A stretch of DNA of 12,368 nucleotides from a virus. This document shows, piece by piece, positions 7,515-12,368 of this stretch (position 1 is its first letter; every line of letters starts with the position of its first letter). The position numbers were made by a program, and so were the translations under genes. Location: the IMG/VR virus record IMGVR_UViG_3300007519_001732, one strand, 5' to 3'. Under the pieces are notes generated by a model, which was not told where the DNA came from, did not search any database, and saw only the letters and a program-made list of their open reading frames with translations.

Positions 7515-8163
7515 TTGATTTACGTGGCCTTTCTACTGATTTCTTTTTTTCATCTTCAAATTCCTGGACGAACCAATGATAGGGTGCTCCAGTATGTGGA
7601 TCATACTTAGCGGCAATATTAAGAGCTTTCATAGCCATTTGTTTAGCAGAAGATATAGTCATCTTTTTTTTGCCGACCAAAGCCTGTAATCCTCCAAGTG
7701 CATACGAACTCCCCGAACCAAGGACATAGATTCCACTGGCATCGGAACACCAACTATAGTCACCACTTATAATATATATAGATGCATGTATTGATACCAT
7801 AATAGTAGAGTCCTGTTCGGCAATGAGCCTTTTACTTTCAGCTTGATCAGATACTGCATATCCTTGCGTCTCAAAACATTCTCTTAATGCAGGAATAAAT
7901 TTTGCTGTTATAAATTCATCAAGTTTTTTACCTTTAAGATTAGCAGCGGGTACCGGTGGTTGAAAAACATGGTGCAAAATATTAATAGCACGTATATGAC
8001 CAGCAGCTCCTAAAAGATATTTACCATTAGAAGCAACTTTAGCATTTCCTTCTTTAAGGGTATAAATTTGAGATACATAACCACTATCATCCATATCAGA
8101 CACTCTAGAGTCTACACAAATAGCAGTAAAACCGTCACCTTGTATAGCCACAATAGTCGTCAT
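7498..8163 (-). CDS. Proteasome beta subunit/HslV-like Ntn-hydrolase peptidase
   Basis: MTTIVAIQGDGFTAICVDSRVSD (Thr after Met, Asp at position 17 counting that Thr as 1), GNAKVASNGKYLLGAAGHIRA, YVLGSGSSYALGGLQAL, ALNIAAKYDPHTGAPYHW. AAAGGA lies upstream of the ATG. Confidence 0.85.
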   Translation of the reverse strand: MTTIVAIQGDGFTAICVDSRVSDMDDSGYVSQIYTLKEGNAKVASNGKYLLGAAGHIRAINILHHVFQPPVPAANLKGKKLDEFITAKFIPALRECFETQGYAVSDQAESKRLIAEQDSTIMVSIHASIYIISGDYSWCSDASGIYVLGSGSSYALGGLQALVGKKKMTISSAKQMAMKALNIAAKYDPHTGAPYHWFVQEFEDEKKKSVERPRKSNAAKR

Positions 8164-8379
8164 TTTAAATCCTTTATGAATAAACCTAGAAAGATTATAG
8201 CAGAATCTATAGTATTAAAGCAGTCGTTTTGATGAATGATACAAAATATGGCCAAACTGTTTTGATAACATAAACCAATAGATCAATATTTTTCTTTATT
8301 TCTTTTAATAATTTCACTTTATTTTCCTTTATTCTATAATGTTGAATAATAATATAATAGAATAAATTAAAATTATTTT

Positions 8380-8647
8380 TTACTCGTCTTCTTCTTCATC
8401 ATCTTCTTTGTCTATATGTGAGTTATACGACGCTACTATCCAACTTTTTACAGTTGCGGCAGTACTTTCCAATAGTCCAAGAGTATTTGACATGCGTTGT
8501 CCTGCTGGAGTTAAATAATAAAATGTATTATCTCCGATCCCTATCAACGCAGTTGGCGACTACAACAAACTCAGTAAGGAACTCTCCTGTATCCTCGCTT
8601 ATAATATTAAAAATTCTATCACTAACAGACTCTATCTTCTCATCCAT
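8380..8647 (-). CDS. Small hypothetical protein (~88 aa if restored), split by a 1-nt frameshift
   Basis: From ATG 8647 (GGAG upstream): MDEKIESVSDRIFNIISEDTGEFLTEFVVVANCVDRDRR* (stop 8528-8530). The next frame continues SPTALIGIGDNTFYYLTPAGQRMSNTLGLLESTAATVKSWIVASYNSHIDKEDDEEEDE*, ending at 8380. Not present in the supplied ORF track. Confidence 0.55.
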
Positions 8648-8663
8648 TATTATCTCCTACTTT

Positions 8664-9008
8664 TTAAAATGTTTTTGCTTTAATCCGAACTATTTGCTCC
8701 ATTGGAAGAGTCGTATTAGACTTTTTGCTGCAACGATGCAGCGGTATCGCGGTTACACCAAGAGGAACTTTCATCATAACAGAACATATATTACATTGCC
8801 ATTCAGATGGGCCCTCAATGTATACTTTAAAAATCCTGGTACTTTTCTCAACAGGGGAAGCTACAGCCAGTTTGGCCTTAGGCTTGCTAGGAAGCCCTTC
8901 CTGAGCGTTAAGATCTGCGCATGTAGGGCAAACAAGAGGCTTTCTCCCACGCGTTCTCTGACGTCCCCAGCGTGCGTCACACTGTGTGCATTGGAGTTTT
9001 TCAATCAT
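8664..9008 (-). CDS. Putative zinc-ribbon/Cys-rich protein, 114 aa
   Basis: LQCTQCDARW...PLVCPTCADL forms one CxxC/CxxC pair; WQCNICSVMM...PLHRCSK forms a second. GAGG lies upstream of the ATG. Confidence 0.7.
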   Translation of the reverse strand: MIEKLQCTQCDARWGRQRTRGRKPLVCPTCADLNAQEGLPSKPKAKLAVASPVEKSTRIFKVYIEGPSEWQCNICSVMMKVPLGVTAIPLHRCSKKSNTTLPMEQIVRIKAKTF

Positions 9009-9018
9009 GATTACCTCG

Positions 9019-9486
9019 CTAAATCAAATTAAGATCAGATAAATCTTTTTCAATAGGTTCATTCATAGTTATTTTTACAAGTATACCATCACTAAATTTC
9101 ATATTATAGCTTAAATATAACCAGTTCTTTATATTTTTTGGTCCATGGGATCTCATTTTATGGCCATTTGATTCAATCCCAAAATATTCTGCGGTATCTA
9201 TTAAATTAGAATCATCTAGATAAACTATAGTATGGATTTCCATAATACCATGAAAATCTACAGGATCACCTTCATCAATAACTTCTGTGTCTATAAACCA
9301 ATCATTATTCCTTTTATATAATTTATTATCTTCACCTATTCTATAATGTTGGAGAAGACGATCAAAATCTTTTGTTTGGAATCCATCTTCATGCATAGCC
9401 TGCTTAAAAAGATCTTTAATTTCTAAAGGAACAAAATCCGGAATAGGAAGTTCACATTCTACTTCTACATGATCAAACATTCCCAT
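9019..9486 (-). CDS. Conserved-type phage hypothetical protein (MGMFDHVEVECELP... N-terminus)
   Basis: Start moved to ATG 9486, since the 9492 start is TTG. AGGAGG lies 6 nt upstream of the ATG. Confidence 0.7.
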   Translation of the reverse strand: MGMFDHVEVECELPIPDFVPLEIKDLFKQAMHEDGFQTKDFDRLLQHYRIGEDNKLYKRNNDWFIDTEVIDEGDPVDFHGIMEIHTIVYLDDSNLIDTAEYFGIESNGHKMRSHGPKNIKNWLYLSYNMKFSDGILVKITMNEPIEKDLSDLNLI

Positions 9487-9552
9487 ACTCAACCTCCTAA
9501 TAATAAATTAAATCTTGAAGGAGAAATTATATCATAAGCAATAGAACAAAGA

Positions 9553-9561
9553 TGGTATACT
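9553..9561 (+). promoter_or_regulatory. Possible extended -10 promoter element for tRNA-Gly and the HNH gene
   Basis: TGGTATACT, 18 nt upstream of the tRNA 5' end, matches TGnTATAAT with one mismatch; no good -35 was seen. Confidence 0.3.
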
Positions 9562-9579
9562 ATAACAGTTATACAATAC

Positions 9580-9651
9580 GCGAATGTAAGCTAACAGGTA
9601 AACTGACATTTTTCCGAATTGTCATTGCGGGTTCGAGTCCCGTCATTCGCT
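9580..9651 (+). tRNA. tRNA-Gly (anticodon UCC)
   Basis: Perfect 7-bp acceptor GCGAATG/CATTCGC. T arm GCGGG-TTCGAGT-CCCGT. Seven-nt anticodon loop TTTCCGA gives anticodon TCC. Discriminator T is typical for tRNA-Gly. D stem has one C.A mismatch and the anticodon stem one T.T mismatch; no encoded CCA. Confidence 0.75.
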
Positions 9652-9672
9652 CAAAAATGATATAATTATAAT

Positions 9673-10359
9673 ATGGTTTACAGAGATAAAGAAAAACAGG
9701 CCGCTTACCAACATGAATGGTATATTGCTAACTTAATGAAGATTAAGGCCAAGCACGCTGATCCAGAATATAAAATTAAAAAGAAATTACTAGCACAAAC
9801 ACCAGAGCGCAAGGCTCAAAATGCCAAGTATGATGCAGACCCAATAAACAAAGCTAGGGCAGCTGCATACAACATAAGACCTGAAGTTATAGCTAGAAGA
9901 CAGTTGAGGGAGAAATCTCCAGAAAATAAAGTTAGAAGAGCCAAATATAACACTGATCCAATAAATCAAATCAGAGTAAAACTTCTAGAACAAAGACCTG
10001 AAGCCAAAGCTAAACGAGCCATCTACGAACGTGAACGATATGCCTCAGATACAGCTTATAAATTAACTAAACTTCTTAGAGCCCGTCTATGTAAAGCGAT
10101 TAAAAGAAAGAGCAAAAAAAGTTCTGCTGTAAAATTATTAGGCTGTTCAATCGATGAACTTATCATTCATCTTGAGAGTCAATTCACAGTTGGTATGTCC
10201 TGGACTAATCACGGACAATGGCATATTGATCACATATTGCCTGTATCTTCTTTTAATTTAGAAGATCCAACGCAGCTTACAATTGTTTGTCACTATACAA
10301 ATCTCCAACCATTATGGGCAAAGGATAATATTAGTAAAGGTGGCGCCAGATTAGTATAG
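9673..10359 (+). CDS. HNH homing-type endonuclease
   Basis: C-terminal HNH signature GQWHIDHILPVSSFNLEDPTQLTIVCHYTNLQPLWAKDNISKG; Lys/Arg-rich repetitive N-terminal half. Confidence 0.85.
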   Translation: MVYRDKEKQAAYQHEWYIANLMKIKAKHADPEYKIKKKLLAQTPERKAQNAKYDADPINKARAAAYNIRPEVIARRQLREKSPENKVRRAKYNTDPINQIRVKLLEQRPEAKAKRAIYERERYASDTAYKLTKLLRARLCKAIKRKSKKSSAVKLLGCSIDELIIHLESQFTVGMSWTNHGQWHIDHILPVSSFNLEDPTQLTIVCHYTNLQPLWAKDNISKGGARLV

Positions 10360-10427
10360 CACGTTAACGTTGATATGACACTTTGTATGGTATTGGGAGA
10401 ACGCCAAAAAAGAATTTAAAAGTCTTT

Positions 10428-10472
10428 TCTGGTATTTTTAAAATATAATAATATAATATTTTTTATACCAGA
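10428..10472. terminator. Possible bidirectional terminator between convergent genes
   Basis: Inverted repeat tctggtat ... ataccaga (8 bp) enclosing a T-run, an AT-rich inner palindrome aaaatat/atatttt and a second T-run. Confidence 0.35.
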
Positions 10473-10672
10473 TCAGACACATTAACTACTAAAGCACCGA
10501 AAATACTAAGAGCAACTGCATTTATTTCAGCAGGAGTGGCGATATCATAAATAATACTTTTACTTTTGTTTTTATGAGGACTAGATACTTTAGTGGGAAC
10601 AAAATTAGAATTATCTACCCAATAGCGATCCTTATCCCGTCTCTTTCTGTTTCTGTAGCTCAATGTCTTCAC
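10463..10672 (-). CDS. Hypothetical protein, 69 aa (GTG start; may start further in)
   Basis: Open frame in the collinear minus-strand series; overlaps the neighbouring stop by 41 nt. Confidence 0.4.
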   Translation of the reverse strand: MKTLSYRNRKRRDKDRYWVDNSNFVPTKVSSPHKNKSKSIIYDIATPAEINAVALSIFGALVVNVSDLV

Positions 10673-10928
10673 CTTTGCTATAAATAATTAAAGAAGTTTT
10701 ACCGACGCGCGCAACCACTTCACCAACATATTTGTTTCTAATAACAGAATTAAAATAACCACCGATAGAAGGAGCAGCTATAAGTCCTTTATAAATATCT
10801 AAAGTTATTTTATGGTAAATCCAAATACTTCCTGAAGCAAATGTAACTATAAGAGAGCTATTAGATTCGTCAAAAGCAACGTGCTTCATAAAAGAACTGT
10901 CAATAAAGAATTTCTCATTTTTATTCAT
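10632..10928 (-). CDS. KTSC-domain protein
   Basis: HVAFDESNSSLIVTFASGSIWIYHKITLDIYKGLIAAPSIGGYFNSVIRNKYVG matches the KTSC pattern (L.V.F.nG..Y.Y..v....y..l..A.S.G.yFn..I...Y). Confidence 0.7.
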   Translation of the reverse strand: MNKNEKFFIDSSFMKHVAFDESNSSLIVTFASGSIWIYHKITLDIYKGLIAAPSIGGYFNSVIRNKYVGEVVARVGKTSLIIYSKGEDIELQKQKETG

Positions 10929-11569
10929 AACGTAGGAATAGCTAATTGATAATTGATTTCGGTTATTTGATAATTTGTTGGATAGATAAGATTGTCTCCA
11001 AGATGAAAATTAATATTAAGCCAATCTGAAATTTCTGACCAACGCCAAAAAGGCGAATGTATTACCCCAATACCTAAATAACCATAAGGAGTAGGAAAAT
11101 TAGGAATAGGATTTGCTTTACTTATATGCGGATTTCCCTTAGCCCATAAGCGTATTTTCTCAATATCTATATCTGAACGACGTGAAATTTCACCATAACT
11201 GACAAAGTCATCGTTCCAGCGGACTGCCGTAGCATCTAAAAAATAAAGGATTCTGTGTCCTAATTCGATTGCAGCTTCAACTATATTACTATTATTACTA
11301 GTAACAATAGTAAAAGTTACAATCCCGCTAGAAGAACCAACTATCATTTCGTTCATTAAAAAATGTTTATCTAATAAATCATCAATTGCTTCATCGTCAA
11401 GGTCAACCCCCTCAACAGTTAACTCAATAACAGATTCGGCTTGTTTCTCTACTGGTTTCTTGGCTGGCTGCACAAGTTGGACATATGGTTTTAATCCAGA
11501 AGCCATCGCCCTCAGACGAGCTGCCAGGTTCGCCACAATATTCACAAGTTTTATAAGAAAGTTTTTCAT
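10925..11569 (-). CDS. Helix-turn-helix DNA-binding-like protein
   Basis: YGEISRRSDIDIEKIRLWAKGNP...NFPTPYGYLG...FWRWSEISDWLN, an EIA.R.g.s...v..l..G...FP.P......W.W.EV..WL-type pattern. Start at 11569 has GAGGTGG upstream; ATG 11506 is an alternative. Confidence 0.6.
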   Translation of the reverse strand: MKNFLIKLVNIVANLAARLRAMASGLKPYVQLVQPAKKPVEKQAESVIELTVEGVDLDDEAIDDLLDKHFLMNEMIVGSSSGIVTFTIVTSNNSNIVEAAIELGHRILYFLDATAVRWNDDFVSYGEISRRSDIDIEKIRLWAKGNPHISKANPIPNFPTPYGYLGIGVIHSPFWRWSEISDWLNINFHLGDNLIYPTNYQITEINYQLAIPTL

Positions 11570-11813
11570 ATTTATTTACCACCTCATGCATTTTATCCCA
11601 AATGTCTTTATTAGTTTTCTCATTACTTGCAAAGTAATACCTAAGACCACCGAACTTTTCTTTAATTTGTACAATCGCATAGTACGGATCTAGCACAACT
11701 AGTTCGTCATGGCAGGCATAAATTAGATCAGTCCAGCCATTACCTGTCCATTGATTGCGTTTCGATTTATGCACTGCTCCAAAACCTTTGTAATGTTCAT
11801 GTAACGATCCCAT
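11424..11813 (-). CDS. Putative zinc-binding protein of a common phage type
   Basis: VQIKEKFGGLRYYF...YKTCEYCGEPGSSSEGDGFWIKTICPTCA: a CxxC ... CxxC pair after the IKEKFGGLRYY motif. Its ATG overlaps the previous stop (TAATG). Confidence 0.75.
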   Translation of the reverse strand: MGSLHEHYKGFGAVHKSKRNQWTGNGWTDLIYACHDELVVLDPYYAIVQIKEKFGGLRYYFASNEKTNKDIWDKMHEVVNKYEKLSYKTCEYCGEPGSSSEGDGFWIKTICPTCAASQETSRETSRICY

Positions 11814-12232
11814 TAAAGACCTCCATTGCTAAGAATTTCATAAACTTCTAAAGCATCGGCGACTTCATATAAAAAATCTGGCTTAAATGTAATATTAACG
11901 AGTCCTTCACTTTTCGCCAATATGTCTGCCATCAATCTAACAGTTATACTTAATGTTTCATCATCGTTTTCTTTATCCAAATGTGTTTTTGGAAAAGATC
12001 GTCCAAACAATGCTTCCAATAATTCTAAGTCATTCATGTTATGGAGTGATGTAACCAACGGTGAGCCTGCTTGAAGTTCCTTATCGCTAACCACATCGTC
12101 TATAAGACTGATCATCTCAGCAATAGCAAGACTAGCAGTAGCTCCACCAACCATTAACTCAAGAAGTTCAACTTCAACAATCCAGCCTTCGAATTCCCAC
12201 CAAATTCTAGCAAGTCCTCTAATTTTATTCAT
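11813..12232 (-). CDS. Hypothetical protein, about 139 aa
   Basis: The called start (12289) lies inside the tRNA-Arg gene. ATG 12232 (MNKIRGLARIWW) with AGGAT 7 nt upstream is preferred; ATG 12241 is an alternative. Confidence 0.6.
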   Translation of the reverse strand: MNKIRGLARIWWEFEGWIVEVELLELMVGGATASLAIAEMISLIDDVVSDKELQAGSPLVTSLHNMNDLELLEALFGRSFPKTHLDKENDDETLSITVRLMADILAKSEGLVNITFKPDFLYEVADALEVYEILSNGGL

Positions 12233-12255
12233 GTCAATCATCCTAATTCTAATAT

Positions 12256-12331
12256 TGGTGCGTCGGGAGGGAATCGAACCCCCGGCCAAGATGTTAGAAG
12301 CATCTTGCTCTATCCACTGAGCTACCGACGC
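12256..12331 (-). tRNA. tRNA-Arg (anticodon UCU), CCA encoded
   Basis: Reverse complement GCGTCGGTAGCTCAGTGGATAGAGCAAGATGCTTCTAACATCTTGGCCGGGGGTTCGATTCCCTCCCGACGCACCA. All four stems fold and the loop CTTCTAA gives anticodon TCT. Confidence 0.95.
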
Positions 12332-12368
12332 AATGGAAACGCACTTTGTGTTTTTTAATTCATACTTA

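Noticed and set aside
8418-9032. 204-aa plus-strand ORF
   Set aside because: Antisense to the zinc-ribbon gene and the split small gene, both with clear ribosome-binding sites; Leu/Ser/Arg-rich translation without recognisable motifs.
9493-9521. ctcct/aggag complementarity around the ribosome-binding site of the 9486 gene, as a possible riboswitch or sequestering hairpin
   Set aside because: Only about 5 bp with a long AT loop; too weak to claim regulation.
11460-11693. 77-aa plus-strand ORF
   Set aside because: Antisense to the overlapping zinc-binding and HTH genes; no motifs.
12233-12289. Upstream extension of the 158-aa ORF (MAGGSIPSRRTNIRIRMID...)
   Set aside because: Lies in or against the tRNA-Arg gene; a downstream ATG with a Shine-Dalgarno-like AGGAT is available at 12232.
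1-12368. CRISPR array, diversity-generating retroelement or toxin-antitoxin pair as the hidden system
   Set aside because: No regularly spaced repeats, reverse transcriptase motifs or recognisable TA pair were found on reading both strands and the supplied translations.

Overview
The window is AT-rich and densely packed, almost all on the minus strand, with many stop/start overlaps. It reads as accessory sequence of a tailed phage or prophage; I see no hallmark structural gene, so the phage assignment is inference. The main feature is an apparent minus-strand operon (about 7243 down to 430) of 11 genes. It encodes four 2OG-Fe(II)-oxygenase-type proteins, one TauD/clavaminate-synthase-like dioxygenase, one AurF/R2-like diiron oxygenase with two ExxH motifs, one clear and one possible SAM methyltransferase, and three small unknown proteins (72, 66 and 94 aa). 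Upstream of it is a stand-alone 20S-proteasome-beta/HslV-like Ntn hydrolase with an N-terminal MTT start. The right part has two Cys-rich zinc-binding proteins, a KTSC-domain protein, an HTH protein and two tRNAs: Gly-UCC on + and Arg-UCU on -. A plus-strand HNH endonuclease lies directly behind tRNA-Gly, against the orientation of its neighbours. Manual translation found two genes the ORF track misses or truncates, each split by a single-nt frameshift. One is a 2OG oxygenase (4910..5652, break near 5068-5070). The other is a small ~88-aa protein (8380..8647, break near 8528-8560). No CRISPR array was seen.
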